A stretch of DNA of 64,000 nucleotides from an uncultured Bacteroidales bacterium. Its GTDB lineage: Bacteria > Bacteroidota > Bacteroidia > Bacteroidales > JAGOPY01. The DNA is taken from positions 36,700-100,699 of the forward strand of contig CAWBCI010000060.1 in NCBI GenBank assembly GCA_963787195.1, given 5' to 3'. Within the stretch, counting starts at the first letter, position 1. The number at the start of each line of letters is the position of its first letter. Below the pieces are notes generated by a model. That model had not been told where the DNA came from. It saw nothing but the letters and a program-made list of their open reading frames with translations, and ran no database searches. Positions 18,937 through 29,825 of the stretch are shown piece after piece. The translations under genes and the position numbers were made by a program.

Positions 18937-21912
18937 CTATATTTCAGGCTTATAAATAACCCCCAGGTTTTTCCGCCCGTCAATTTCAACTTTCAGGGGC
19001 TTTTCAAAACGGATATGCCGGACCTGTTCATCTTCATAAACGCTGGGTAATTTTTGAAGAAATTCAAGGTCATAATACCCATCGTTCAGGAAGGGATTGA
19101 TTGTAAAATAGCCTACCCTGAAGGAGGTCAGGTTCTGGAAGAAATGAGTTCCCTGGCTGGGGTCGATCCTATAATCAGCCAATCCTGATTCGACAATCAC
19201 ACGGGCGCTGCTGATCTGTGACCATTTCACCGGGATACCCAGCCACGGATCCTGCGAACCCCAGCGCCCCGGACCAATCAGGATATAATTCTTATGTTCC
19301 CTGATGAACTGCTCATTCAACTTCCCGACTTTTTCGGCAAGTTCCGCATTATTGGCAGGATTGAAAGATTCAGGCCGGATATAGACCAGGTCGCAGATAT
19401 CAGTGATGGTCCCGTTTCCCAAGGCCGATTTACTGTAAATAATGCTGTCTTTATTTTTTACCTTGTCCAGATTGGTGGTAACGGTTTCCTTGTTATCAAC
19501 TATGGGCCTGATCTGCAAGAGATAGAATATTTTCGGCTCATTCGGGGGCCTGTTCAGGTCAACCGCGAATTCAATCTCCACCGGTTTACCCATTTCTTTC
19601 TGTCCGATATCAAGCACGGTCTCGAGAATTTCAGCCAGGGGGAAAGTATTATGTTTAAGGATATTCGAAAAAGTGATGATTTTCTTTCCTTCACTTTGAA
19701 CGCCGTCTCTTATGATATTATTTTGAAAATCATAGGTTGATGCGATCAACCTGAGGGAACCGTCTTTTTCGGCTTCCTTTATGGAAAGCTTCAAAATATT
19801 GACTCCATCGTCCACATCCGGTTTAAAACTTTCAGCCCTGAGGTCAAGTGCATAAAAATACTTCTGGGTCTCACGCAAAGCCATTTCAGGAGAATAAGTC
19901 TGGAGTACCCTTTTAGGATGCTTGGGTGAAAATCTCAGGGCAAGTCCCCCGTCAACGATATATTTTCCCAGCCCCAGGGCTATACTGGCTATGCCATCTT
20001 CGGGTTTTTCAGGTTCCAGGGGATAAAAATTGATGGACCGGGCAACCCCTGAGATGGAAGGATAAAACTTTTCTCCGTAACGGGTTCCGGCAACGATCTG
20101 CATTACAATTCCCATCTTCTCTTCGTCAATCACGTTGGAAGTGGCTGCCATGTATGCTTTGCTATCTTTAAAATAAGTAGAAGCGTACACGCTTTTAATG
20201 GCATTGCTGAGCATATCTATCATCTGCCTTTCACTATCCGGGATATAGGGGACCATATAGGTTGAATATATCCCGGCAAAAGGCTGGTAATGGGAATCTT
20301 CCAGGAGGCTTGACGACCTCACAGCGATAGGATTTCTGACGTAAGTAATAAGTGTATAAAGGTCTTCATGGATACGGAAAGGCAGCCGGGCCTGTACAAA
20401 TTCATTCAGGATCTCCTCATCGGAACGGTCTGAAAGCGCTATCTCATAGAGATTATTCTCCTCCATGAATTCATCGAAGATATCGGTTGAAAGCACTATG
20501 GTCCGGGGAATGGTGATGAATACATTGGGCCACTTCTCGAGTTTCCGGTTCCTTTTGATAAGCATGTCGAGAAATGCCAGGCCGCGGGCTTTACCGCCTA
20601 TGGAACCATCACCGATGCGGGTAAAAGTGAGGTACTCATCAAAACGGTCGCGGCGGAACTGGGCTATAACTCCCCTGGCCTTGCTGATCCTGAAACTGGC
20701 GAAAGCATCGAAAAGGTATCTCTTCACCTCATCCAGGTTCTCAAAATCATCCAGGGTGATATCGACTATCATTTCAGCCAATGGAAAAAGGGCCCTGGCG
20801 CGCAGCCATTTGGAAAACTGATTGCGGCTCAGCTGGTATTCAAGGGCATCATCAGGTACCTGGAATATCTTGTCCTGTATATTCTTCAGGTCATAGGCCC
20901 GGTCTATCTCCTTGCCGGTTTTGGGATCCACAAAAATAAAGTCCCCGAAGGCAAAATATTCCCGGATAAAATTCTTCAGTTCAATAGAAATTGTTTTGGA
21001 ATTTTTATTGATGAAACCCACATTCATTTCTTTCGCCAGGTTTTCAGCAGCAGGGTCGGAAGATTGCAGGAGCAGGGTCATGAATTTATCATCGCGCTGG
21101 ACTTTTTCACATAGCTTCAGGCCGGCATATTTATCCATTTTCCCATCCCTGGTATAGCTCATATCGGTGATGATCCCCAACAGATTGCGCTTATATTTTT
21201 CATAAAAGGAGATGGCTTCTTCGTAAGATGTAGCCAGGAGTATTTTCGGTCTCCCCCGCATCCTGAGCATTTGCTGGTGCTCATTCAGGCCTTCGGTCAT
21301 GAATTCCTTCGACTGTTTGAATATAATCTTGTAAATATTAGGGAGATAGCTGGAATAAAAGCGGATGGAGTCTTCCACCAGGATGATGGTCTGCACCCCG
21401 ACTTCTTTCACATCATGGTCCACATTCATCTTATCTTCAATAAGCTTGATGATGGCCAGTAAAAGATCCGCATTCCCAAGCCAGCAGAAAATATGATCGA
21501 TGATGCCTTTGGAATGTTCGCTCATGCGCAGGGTGACTTCCCGTGAAAAGGGGGTCAGCACTACGATAGGAATGGCAGGATATTGTTGCTTGATCTTTTC
21601 CGCCAGGCTGAAAGTGTCCATTTCTTCCGAACTGAGCATGGTGATGACCAGGTCTATATTCTCTTCTTTCAGGAGATCAAAGGCTTTTTTTTCAGAAGAA
21701 GCCAGGATAAACTGGGGAGGGTAGCGAAGGCTCAGCGACACGTATTCATTGAATATCTGCTCGTCGATACGCCCGTCATCCTCCAGCACAAAGGCATCAT
21801 AACTGCTGGAAATGAGCAGTACATGATAGATGCGTCTGCGCATCAGTTTATTAAATGAAGTATCGCTGAAGTAATATTTCGGGGCCCTGTAAGGGACCGT
21901 TGAATAAGGCAT
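18937..21912 (-). CDS. Receiver-domain / PPDK-type ATP-grasp protein (paralog 1), no PEP/pyruvate-binding barrel
   Basis: REC motifs LVED, ITD, QSS, FINK; ATP-grasp motifs IGGKARGL, AVRSS..ED..FAG, VEIEFA, LQIRP; C-terminal SQGTHFF; start at ATG 21912 after AGGAGG. Confidence 0.85.
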   Translation of the reverse strand: MPYSTVPYRAPKYYFSDTSFNKLMRRRIYHVLLISSSYDAFVLEDDGRIDEQIFNEYVSLSLRYPPQFILASSEKKAFDLLKEENIDLVITMLSSEEMDTFSLAEKIKQQYPAIPIVVLTPFSREVTLRMSEHSKGIIDHIFCWLGNADLLLAIIKLIEDKMNVDHDVKEVGVQTIILVEDSIRFYSSYLPNIYKIIFKQSKEFMTEGLNEHQQMLRMRGRPKILLATSYEEAISFYEKYKRNLLGIITDMSYTRDGKMDKYAGLKLCEKVQRDDKFMTLLLQSSDPAAENLAKEMNVGFINKNSKTISIELKNFIREYFAFGDFIFVDPKTGKEIDRAYDLKNIQDKIFQVPDDALEYQLSRNQFSKWLRARALFPLAEMIVDITLDDFENLDEVKRYLFDAFASFRISKARGVIAQFRRDRFDEYLTFTRIGDGSIGGKARGLAFLDMLIKRNRKLEKWPNVFITIPRTIVLSTDIFDEFMEENNLYEIALSDRSDEEILNEFVQARLPFRIHEDLYTLITYVRNPIAVRSSSLLEDSHYQPFAGIYSTYMVPYIPDSERQMIDMLSNAIKSVYASTYFKDSKAYMAATSNVIDEEKMGIVMQIVAGTRYGEKFYPSISGVARSINFYPLEPEKPEDGIASIALGLGKYIVDGGLALRFSPKHPKRVLQTYSPEMALRETQKYFYALDLRAESFKPDVDDGVNILKLSIKEAEKDGSLRLIASTYDFQNNIIRDGVQSEGKKIITFSNILKHNTFPLAEILETVLDIGQKEMGKPVEIEFAVDLNRPPNEPKIFYLLQIRPIVDNKETVTTNLDKVKNKDSIIYSKSALGNGTITDICDLVYIRPESFNPANNAELAEKVGKLNEQFIREHKNYILIGPGRWGSQDPWLGIPVKWSQISSARVIVESGLADYRIDPSQGTHFFQNLTSFRVGYFTINPFLNDGYYDLEFLQKLPSVYEDEQVRHIRFEKPLKVEIDGRKNLGVIYKPEI

Positions 21913-22045
21913 ATCTCCTCCTTTTAGATTTTTTGGCCGGACTATGCCGCTTTTTCCCCAGGCATTCATCCTCCGCAAATTTACTTAAAATTAGAAAGTT
22001 TTGTATATATCAGGATTTTGTATATTTATGCCAAAACTATCTATT

Positions 22046-22495
22046 ATGGAAAAACCTCTTATTAATGATTCAGCCCTTTTTTACCTCAACGAGGCGAGGA
22101 AATGGGCAAAATTTTTGGCCATTCTGGGATTTATCGGAATTGGAATTATGGTGCTTGGTGGTATAATCATGGGAACGGCTATGAGCTTTATACCAGGGAT
22201 ATCACAGACCCCGATGGGCATGATCCCTTCCGGCTTTTTTGTACTCTTTTACCTGGTCATGGCCATCATTTACTTTTTCCCTGTCTACTATCTTTACCGT
22301 TTCTCGGTGAGCATGGGCATATCTTTGAATTCCGGGAGTGAATCTGAACTTTCAAATGCCTTCAGGAACCTTCGGGCACATTATAAATTTGTGGGGATAC
22401 TGATCATCGTTTCATTTGTAATCGGGCTGCTCGCGATGATAATCGGAATCTTTGCCGCTGTATTCGGACTGGCCGCCACACATATGCAGATGTAA
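22046..22495 (+). CDS. Membrane protein (DUF5362-like)
   Basis: L.E.RKWAKFLAILGFI, YFFP.YYLYRFS, L..HYKF.GI. Confidence 0.75.
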   Translation: MEKPLINDSALFYLNEARKWAKFLAILGFIGIGIMVLGGIIMGTAMSFIPGISQTPMGMIPSGFFVLFYLVMAIIYFFPVYYLYRFSVSMGISLNSGSESELSNAFRNLRAHYKFVGILIIVSFVIGLLAMIIGIFAAVFGLAATHMQM

Positions 22496-22595
22496 TTTGA
22501 ATTCATTGCAGGAATTCTTATAAGTACACAGAATACATTCTAAAGTTATTAATCCGGATGTAAAATTTATATCTATAGATTATATAAGATACTTT

Positions 22596-23057
22596 ATGAA
22601 AAGAGCTCCCCTACCTGTTTATTTTCTCTGGATTCTTATCTTTTTTCTATCTATAGGGGCCTGGTATGGAGGTTTATCCCTGATAACTGATCCTTCAGGC
22701 AGTCTACTGCAAATAACAACTTCTTACCTGGATAACAGTCCTTTCAATGACTTTTTAATACCTGGATTAATCTTATTGATTTTCCTGGGAATCTTCCCTT
22801 TATTCTTGTTATTTGGTTTTATAAAGAAGGATAAAATCAAGTGGGCCGGGATACTGAATATTTATTTGGACCAGCACTGGGCCTGGACTTACAGCTTATA
22901 TCTTTCCATAATGCTTATCATCTGGATAAATATTCAGATCATTATGGTGGGTTATGATATTTTACAATCGGTTTACTCTTTATATGGAGTAGTGATCCTT
23001 ATCCTGACCCTGCTTCCCGGGGTAAAGGCTTACTTTTCTTTGGACAGGAATGGATGA
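22596..23057 (+). CDS. Hypothetical 4-TM membrane protein
   Basis: GG.SLI.DPSG, SPF.DFLIPGL.L, hydrophobic segments. Confidence 0.7.
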   Translation: MKRAPLPVYFLWILIFFLSIGAWYGGLSLITDPSGSLLQITTSYLDNSPFNDFLIPGLILLIFLGIFPLFLLFGFIKKDKIKWAGILNIYLDQHWAWTYSLYLSIMLIIWINIQIIMVGYDILQSVYSLYGVVILILTLLPGVKAYFSLDRNG

Positions 23058-23114
23058 AGGAGCTTTTAAACAAAAAGCACCCTCTGTCTGTTAATTTATC
23101 CTAATGACTTTCTT

Positions 23115-23714
23115 ATGAAGAGGGCACTACTCATAATACTCACCAGTCTATCCACCTCCTTGCTGTATTCCCAGGAAGCCGACTATATCCTTTCAAATTT
23201 TCTAATAGCCCGCCAGGGAGATAAAATTTACCTTCGCTGGACCATACGTTCCGGCAATACATGTGAAGATACTTATATTGAGCGTGCCACCAGTCATGGG
23301 GATTTTAAACGTATAGGTATTATTGGCGGAATCTGCGGAAGTCCCAACGTGCCGGTAACATACAGTTATACTGACACCCTGCCCCTGCCCAATCAAATAA
23401 ATTCTTACAGGCTCAACCTTGGGAATATAGGCTATTCTTCATCCAAACAATTAGAATTTATACTGCTCGGTAATGAAGGAATTTCGATAAGGCCCAATCC
23501 GCTTGTGAATAATGCTGTCATTTATTTTGAGAATGAGAGGAAGGATTTATGTGAATTCCGGCTCAGCGATATGAATGGAAAGACAGTCAAAATTCTTTCA
23601 ACTCACGGGAATTCATTGTTATTGAACAGGGAAGGACTGGAAGCAGGCGTATATTTTTATATTATCCGGAAAAATAAGCATGATAGCTACCGGGGTAAAA
23701 TAATAATTATCTGA
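23115..23714 (+). CDS. Small T9SS cargo protein with type A CTD
   Basis: Signal peptide; PNP..D.NGK.V..GVYFY..KIII C-terminal domain. Confidence 0.8.
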   Translation: MKRALLIILTSLSTSLLYSQEADYILSNFLIARQGDKIYLRWTIRSGNTCEDTYIERATSHGDFKRIGIIGGICGSPNVPVTYSYTDTLPLPNQINSYRLNLGNIGYSSSKQLEFILLGNEGISIRPNPLVNNAVIYFENERKDLCEFRLSDMNGKTVKILSTHGNSLLLNREGLEAGVYFYIIRKNKHDSYRGKIIII

Positions 23715-23741
23715 TCTTTAAATTCTGCCTATCCCCAAAGT

Positions 23742-23772
23742 AAAAGGCCTGCCCTGATTCAGAGCAAGCCTT
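23742..23772. terminator. Probable terminator between convergent genes
   Basis: aaaaggcctgccctga..tcagagcaagcctt imperfect hairpin. Confidence 0.5.
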
Positions 23773-23805
23773 TCCAAATATTAATTAACCTAAACTTTTC
23801 GTTAA

Positions 23806-24261
23806 TTAATTTTCCCTTAAAACATAATCATCATATTCTATTTCAAAACGCAACTTATGCCTTGATTCTTCCATGGACAGCGTAAGGAAAACTTCCTTTA
23901 ATTCATCATTGGGGGCTCTCTCGGCCAGGTTGGTATATAGCTTAAAAGCAGCCTTTTCCTTTTTCATCGCAAGGATGAGAGCCTCTTCATAAGACATGTT
24001 CGGGCTGGCAGTTACATTGACTATATAGTCGCTGATCTTTAAATCAGCCACATGCTGTTTGGGCATGGTAAAAATACCTTCCTCCCGGATTTGGGTAAGT
24101 CGGCTTTTATGCTTGATCTCTTCTCCGGCAAATTCGAGGAATACCTCTTTCATTTCTTCAGACTTCGACTGGGAAGCGAGTTCAGTATAGAAATCTACCG
24201 CCTTCTGCTCTTCGTTGATGGCAAATTCCAGAATATTGTCAACCGATGTGAATTCTTTCAT
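23806..24261 (-). CDS. Rubrerythrin/erythrin-type ferritin-like diiron protein (no rubredoxin domain)
   Basis: Two EExxH motifs (EEIKH, EESRH) preceded by E..A..FY helices. Confidence 0.88.
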   Translation of the reverse strand: MKEFTSVDNILEFAINEEQKAVDFYTELASQSKSEEMKEVFLEFAGEEIKHKSRLTQIREEGIFTMPKQHVADLKISDYIVNVTASPNMSYEEALILAMKKEKAAFKLYTNLAERAPNDELKEVFLTLSMEESRHKLRFEIEYDDYVLREN

Positions 24262-24272
24262 AGTATTCTGAA

Positions 24273-27200
24273 TTAATTGTTTTTAAATGCATTTTCAAAT
24301 TCGTCGTCGAAATATTTTACGATAGCATCGCAGCCGTAATCATACAACCTGTTATGGTTATCTTCCAGGGTATTCGCGAAAACATGCTTAGGATTTTCGG
24401 TTTTTTGTGGAAGGAGCGAAAGGGCCTCCTTTAAAACCTCGTCTACATCATCGACTTGTTTGCAACCAAGCTTGTTCAGAAGATCGGCAAGTTGCTGTAC
24501 GCCACTTTTCTCAATTTTGGATTTGAATTCAGGACTAAAAACCTGGATCATCTTCTGGGTATTGGTAAAACTACCGCCTGATTCCACCGGGAAACCGGCA
24601 GGCATGATCAGATCCGCATGCTTTGCTGTCTCCGTCATGAAATAATCCTGTACCATCACAAAATCGGAAATTGAAAGCCAGCCCGCAACCTGCACTTTAT
24701 GCCGCGTAGTCCCAAGAGGATCTTCCCCGAAAATGAAAAGATTCTTTAGTTTGCCGGCCTCCAGCCTGTCGTAGATATCAGTATGGATAGCAGAGGGTAT
24801 TTCCTTCACTTTCCATACTTTCTTTAATTTTTCAATATAATCAGGATCATTTACAGGAACCCCGCCAACTCCATAAGTCATGCACAATCCCATATCATGT
24901 AATCCCTGGGAATTATTTTTCTCCTTGAGGGCAATCAGCCCGCTGCTCGTCTTTCCAAGCTTGCCGGTGATCATAGCCAGGTTGAACAATCCGAGGGAAG
25001 CATTTGCTGAAATTTCCTTCTCCGAAAAAATAATAATGGCATTCATCTCATTATTATAATTCTTGGCAAATTCAATCACCTGATCCATAAACTCAACCCC
25101 TGCTTTCTGCACCAGGTCCACAAAATTTTCTTTCAGCAGATTTTGTTTATATTCTTCAAAACCTTCACAATTATCATTAATAAATAAAGCATTGTGGAAA
25201 TTATTGGCCACCAGGTAATAATTAACCGCCTTGATAAAGTGGTAATATGATTTGATCCTCATGATCCCATCCACTTTATGATCCATGGTGGTCTTATCTT
25301 TAATTGTAATCAATTCCACTGGAATATTATTCCGCAGACGGGAATTATTCACCATAAAACCGACCACGGCATTATCCTGGTTGATCTCTGAACCAATGAG
25401 ATATATCTTGCTGGCACCGCCGATCTGATCGAAAGGAACATTGGCCCTGGTATTATTCATATAACCCAATCCGCGTTTCAGGTAATGGAAGCTGGTCACA
25501 TTATTGGTCCCGGCGCCGGCACGGGCCAATTTCTGGATCAGATACTGTTCTTCATTGGTCAAACGGGCCCCGGCGAAAAACACATTGTCGTCGGCCGGAA
25601 CTGCTTTTATACGTTCTTTGATAAGTTCATAAGCTTTATCAAAGCTGATCTCCTCGAAACGGCCATTGACCTTCATCATAGGCTTGGTAATGCGGTTCCG
25701 GTCATTCAGGTAATGATAACCGAATTTAGCATAACGGCAAAGGTTCCCGTCAGTATTTACCATGCCGTCAAGTCCTGAAACCTGCATCACAAACTGACTT
25801 TTATGGTCAAGGGAAATTTTACATCCCACCGAGCAATAATTGCAGATCGTTTCGGCAGAATCCAGCTTCACAGGGCCGGGCTTGAAAATCACATTTTCAG
25901 TTATAGCACCTGTAGGACAGGTGGAGATGCACATCCCGCAGGATTCGCAGGTAGTATCCTGCAAAGCATCCCCCATACTCGGAGCTACATAGGTATCAAA
26001 TCCGCGGTTCACCAGGCCAAGGGCATCCGCACCAACAACTTCACGGCATATCCGGATGCAGCGGCTGCAGAGTATGCATTTATTACTGTCGATTTCGATA
26101 TAGGGATGCCTGAAATCCACAGAATATTCCCTGAAATCGCCTTTCAGATTTTCCTGGCTGGCGCCGTATTGAGAAGAATATTTTTTCAGGTCACATGTAT
26201 AGACTGCTGTACAACCACATTCGAGACAACGCTGGGTTTCATTTTGTGCTATTTCTTCGGAAGCATAGCCAAGTTCGACTTCAGTGAAGTTATTCCGTTT
26301 GGCCGGATCAAGTGTCGGCATCTCTTCCCTTTGCTGCTCAGGAAAAAATCCTTTGTATTCAGCCATTTCCTGAACTTTGAAATTATCTTTCCGGCTGAAA
26401 AATTCATTTTCAGGAGGAATGACGGGAGATTCTTTCAGGAAGAGATCACAAGAGTGTGAAGCCAGCTTGGCCTGTGCAATGGCCTGGATAAGGGTTGCGG
26501 GTCCCGTCACCCCGTCACCGGCGGCAAATATTGATTTTACACCGGTTTGAAGTGTTTTCGGGTCGGCTTCAATATCTCCCCAGCGGTTTACTTTCAACTC
26601 AGCCCCTTTGGAGACATTCTTATTGATATCATCCAGAAACTCAACAGCGGTTTTCTGACCGATGGCAGCCAGCACATAATCGACTTCCACTTCAAATTCA
26701 GAATCCGCCACAGGCACCGGCCTTCTTCTTCCGGATGCATCCGGCTCGCCCAATTCCATTTTAAGGCAGGTGATTGATTTTACTTTCCCCTTTTCATCCG
26801 GGTTTATACGGGTTGGATTTGTCAGGAGAAGATATTCAACCCCTTCCAGTTTGGATTCATGGATTTCGATGGGATTGGCAGGCATTTCATTTTCGGTACG
26901 GCGATAGATTACATAGACTTTATCAGCCCCGCAACGCATGGAAGTCCTGCAACAGTCCATGGCAGTATTACCACCTCCGATCACTGCAACTTTCTTCCCT
27001 TTAAAATCAAACTTCTCCCCTGTCATCTCCATATTTTTCAGGAAATCAATTCCGGAGAAAACGTTTTCAGCTTCTTCACCTTCGCATCCTATCATGGTCC
27101 CTTTCTGGGAACCTATACTCAGGATCACCGAATCATATTGAGTCTTCAGCTCTTTATAGGAGATATTTTCACCTAATTTTTTATTATAGAAGATATTCAC

Positions 27201-27980
27201 CCCCATTTCGGTGATGTTATCCACTTCTTTCTGGAGCAGGTCATTCGGCAGGCGATATTCGGGGATCCCGTATCTGAGCCATCCTCCGGCTTTTGGGCTA
27301 CCCTCGTAGATATCAACCTGGTGTCCTTCTTTCTGAAGGAAGAATCCGGCAGAAAGACCTCCCGGACCGGCACCGATCACAGCAACTTTTTTCCCTGTTG
27401 AAGCTTTGATTTCCGGCATCCACTTATCTTCCGACATAAGATCGATGTCTGAAGCAAAGCGCTTCAGGTAATCGATTCCAACCGCAGCTCCTTCGTCCAG
27501 CAGGTTCCTGCGGCAAGCCACTTCACAGGGCCTCACGCAAACCCTGCCGCAGATGGCGGGCAGAGGGTTGGTTTCCTTGATAAGGGCAACAGCTTCGTGA
27601 TACTGGCCTTTTTCAATATGTGAGATATATCCCTGCACATCTACGCCCGCCGGGCAGGTTTGTTTACAAGGGCCGATACAGTCAGCATAATGGTTGCTCA
27701 CCAGCAGGTCAAGTGCCGTTTTGCGGGCTTTCTTCACCTTCTCGTTCTGGGTATCTATCTTCATACCCTCCGAAATCTTCGTGGAACAGGAGGGCTGCAA
27801 TCCGCGCATACCTTCCACTTCCACCACACAGACATAACAGGAAGTATAGGGTTGCAGCCTTTTATCATTGCAAAGGGTCGGGATTTCTATCCCATGCCGG
27901 TTTGCAAGCTGAAGTATGCTTTCCCCCTTGATACCCTGGACTATATCTCCATTCAGAATTATATTTACTTTTTCGATCAT
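24273..27980 (-). CDS. StnC/BfuA-like subunit: [2Fe-2S] + GltD/NfnB-like FAD/NADP module + NuoG-like [4Fe-4S] domain + cofactor-less molybdopterin-fold domain
   Basis: IPTLC..CYVCVVE..C; CKQTCP, CGRVCVRPCE; GAGPGG; GGGNTAMD; CILCSRC, CESCGMC; CNYCSVGC; FDH catalytic Cys/Sec site replaced (GTNNVTSFHY). Confidence 0.85.
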   Translation of the reverse strand: MIEKVNIILNGDIVQGIKGESILQLANRHGIEIPTLCNDKRLQPYTSCYVCVVEVEGMRGLQPSCSTKISEGMKIDTQNEKVKKARKTALDLLVSNHYADCIGPCKQTCPAGVDVQGYISHIEKGQYHEAVALIKETNPLPAICGRVCVRPCEVACRRNLLDEGAAVGIDYLKRFASDIDLMSEDKWMPEIKASTGKKVAVIGAGPGGLSAGFFLQKEGHQVDIYEGSPKAGGWLRYGIPEYRLPNDLLQKEVDNITEMGVNIFYNKKLGENISYKELKTQYDSVILSIGSQKGTMIGCEGEEAENVFSGIDFLKNMEMTGEKFDFKGKKVAVIGGGNTAMDCCRTSMRCGADKVYVIYRRTENEMPANPIEIHESKLEGVEYLLLTNPTRINPDEKGKVKSITCLKMELGEPDASGRRRPVPVADSEFEVEVDYVLAAIGQKTAVEFLDDINKNVSKGAELKVNRWGDIEADPKTLQTGVKSIFAAGDGVTGPATLIQAIAQAKLASHSCDLFLKESPVIPPENEFFSRKDNFKVQEMAEYKGFFPEQQREEMPTLDPAKRNNFTEVELGYASEEIAQNETQRCLECGCTAVYTCDLKKYSSQYGASQENLKGDFREYSVDFRHPYIEIDSNKCILCSRCIRICREVVGADALGLVNRGFDTYVAPSMGDALQDTTCESCGMCISTCPTGAITENVIFKPGPVKLDSAETICNYCSVGCKISLDHKSQFVMQVSGLDGMVNTDGNLCRYAKFGYHYLNDRNRITKPMMKVNGRFEEISFDKAYELIKERIKAVPADDNVFFAGARLTNEEQYLIQKLARAGAGTNNVTSFHYLKRGLGYMNNTRANVPFDQIGGASKIYLIGSEINQDNAVVGFMVNNSRLRNNIPVELITIKDKTTMDHKVDGIMRIKSYYHFIKAVNYYLVANNFHNALFINDNCEGFEEYKQNLLKENFVDLVQKAGVEFMDQVIEFAKNYNNEMNAIIIFSEKEISANASLGLFNLAMITGKLGKTSSGLIALKEKNNSQGLHDMGLCMTYGVGGVPVNDPDYIEKLKKVWKVKEIPSAIHTDIYDRLEAGKLKNLFIFGEDPLGTTRHKVQVAGWLSISDFVMVQDYFMTETAKHADLIMPAGFPVESGGSFTNTQKMIQVFSPEFKSKIEKSGVQQLADLLNKLGCKQVDDVDEVLKEALSLLPQKTENPKHVFANTLEDNHNRLYDYGCDAIVKYFDDEFENAFKNN

Positions 27981-28010
27981 TAACGTTTGGAATTTAAAGC
28001 GTTAAACTTT

Positions 28011-29789
28011 TTAATAGAGCCGTATCGCGTTAAACTTACATTTTGTATAGCACATACCGCATTTAATGCAGGCGTCCTGCCGGATGAAATGTATCCCTTT
28101 GCGCTCCCCGTCAATGGCATCGACCGGGCAATTTTTCGCGCAGACAGTACATCCGGTACAATTTTCCGGGACTACTTCATAAGTCAATAGAGGTTTGCAG
28201 GCTTTCGCCGGGCATTTTTTATCATAGATATGAGCTTCATATTCATTTCTGAAGTAGCGGATAGTGGTCAGTACCGGGTTAGGCGCAGTCTGTCCCAATC
28301 CGCAGAGCGAATTATCCTTGATCTCATATGCAAGGTCTTCCAGCCTTTCGATGTCACCGGGCTCACCTTTTCCTTCGGTAATCCTGGTGAGGATTTCCAG
28401 CATCCTTTTAGTTCCTACCCTGCAGAATGTACACTTGCCGCAGCTTTCCTTCTGGGTAAAGTCAAGGAAGAACTTAGCCACATCGACCATACAGGTATCT
28501 TCATCCATGACGACCATACCTCCCGAACCCATGATGGCGCCGGTTGCATTCACCGAATCATAATCGACTATAGTGTGCACCAGATGTTCCGGGATACAGC
28601 CGCCGGAAGGGCCTCCCATCTGGACAGCCTTGAATTTCTTATTTCCCTGTATGCCCCCTCCAAGTTTAAAGATCACATCCTCTATGGTCATTCCCATGGG
28701 AACTTCCACCAGTCCTGAACGTTTGATCTTCCCGGCTAAGGCAAACACCTTGGTACCTTTGCTCTTCTCGGTCCCGTATTTAGCATAGGCCTCGCCCCCG
28801 TTGGTGATTATCCAGGGTATATTGGCAAAGGTTTCGACATTATTGATATTGGTAGGTTTTTTCCAGAGCCCCGATGCAGCCGGAAAAGGCGGGCGTTTCC
28901 GTGGCATTCCCCTCTCCCCTTCAACCGAAGCGATCAAGGCGGTTTCTTCACCGCAGACAAAAGCTCCGGCTCCTTCTTTAATATAAATATCCAGGTTAAA
29001 GCCTTCTATTCCTAATATATTTTTTCCGAGATAACCTTTGGCCCTGGCCTGCCCCAGTGCAATATTAAGACGTTTGATAGCCAGCGGGTATTCGGCCCTG
29101 CAGTAGATGACCCCGCCTGTAGCTTCGATGGCATAGGCCGCGATGATCATGCCTTCGACCACGCTGTGGGGATCACCTTCCAGGACCGAGCGGTCCATGA
29201 AAGCACCAGGGTCGCCTTCATCAGCATTGCAGATGATATACTTTTCGTCGGATTTATTATTGCTGGCGAATTTCCATTTCAGGCCGGTCGGGAAACCTCC
29301 GCCGCCACGGCCCCTCAAACCCGAACTCAGGATAGTTTGTATCACATCCATGCGCGACATTTGTTGTCCTGCAATCTTCTTGATGGCCCTGTATCCATTC
29401 CGGGCTTCATATTCTTCAATGCTTTCAGGATCGATGTAACCACAATTTCTCAGGACTATCTTAACCTGTCCTTCAAGGAAAGTTTTATCCACCGTCTCCA
29501 CTATGTCCGACTTCACAATGTATTCGTTGACAGGAGTATTCTGATGGATATGCTTTTCGATGATTTCAATGATCTTTTCTTCATTGACTTCGCCATAGAG
29601 GTAAGAACCCGATTCATCGATAATCTCAACCAGGGGTTCGCGATAACACATCCCTACGCAGCTGGTCTTTTTGAGTTCAATGTCGAGATTTTCCGCCTTT
29701 TTCAGCGCTTCTATCTTTGCATATACCTTATTGGCCCCGGCTGCTATTCCGCAGCTTCCCAATCCCACTATAACTTTGGTTAATTCCAT
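28011..29789 (-). CDS. StnB/HydB/NuoF-like FMN NADH-binding subunit
   Basis: GRGGGGFPTG.KW, CNADEGDPGAFMDR, GGPSGG, SCGKCTFCR..C, C-terminal 2x[4Fe-4S]. Confidence 0.93.
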   Translation of the reverse strand: MELTKVIVGLGSCGIAAGANKVYAKIEALKKAENLDIELKKTSCVGMCYREPLVEIIDESGSYLYGEVNEEKIIEIIEKHIHQNTPVNEYIVKSDIVETVDKTFLEGQVKIVLRNCGYIDPESIEEYEARNGYRAIKKIAGQQMSRMDVIQTILSSGLRGRGGGGFPTGLKWKFASNNKSDEKYIICNADEGDPGAFMDRSVLEGDPHSVVEGMIIAAYAIEATGGVIYCRAEYPLAIKRLNIALGQARAKGYLGKNILGIEGFNLDIYIKEGAGAFVCGEETALIASVEGERGMPRKRPPFPAASGLWKKPTNINNVETFANIPWIITNGGEAYAKYGTEKSKGTKVFALAGKIKRSGLVEVPMGMTIEDVIFKLGGGIQGNKKFKAVQMGGPSGGCIPEHLVHTIVDYDSVNATGAIMGSGGMVVMDEDTCMVDVAKFFLDFTQKESCGKCTFCRVGTKRMLEILTRITEGKGEPGDIERLEDLAYEIKDNSLCGLGQTAPNPVLTTIRYFRNEYEAHIYDKKCPAKACKPLLTYEVVPENCTGCTVCAKNCPVDAIDGERKGIHFIRQDACIKCGMCYTKCKFNAIRLY

Positions 29790-29825
29790 TTTCAGCTTGA
29801 ATTATGTTGGCCCGTCAGGCCCTCA

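Noticed and set aside
18937-21912. PEP synthase / PPDK (ppsA, ppdK)
   Set aside because: The pyruvate/PEP-binding barrel is missing and receiver domains are present
24273-27980. Formate dehydrogenase or [FeFe]-hydrogenase catalytic subunit
   Set aside because: No catalytic Cys/Sec-His at the expected site, no in-frame TGA, no C-terminal molybdopterin-binding domain and no H-cluster motifs
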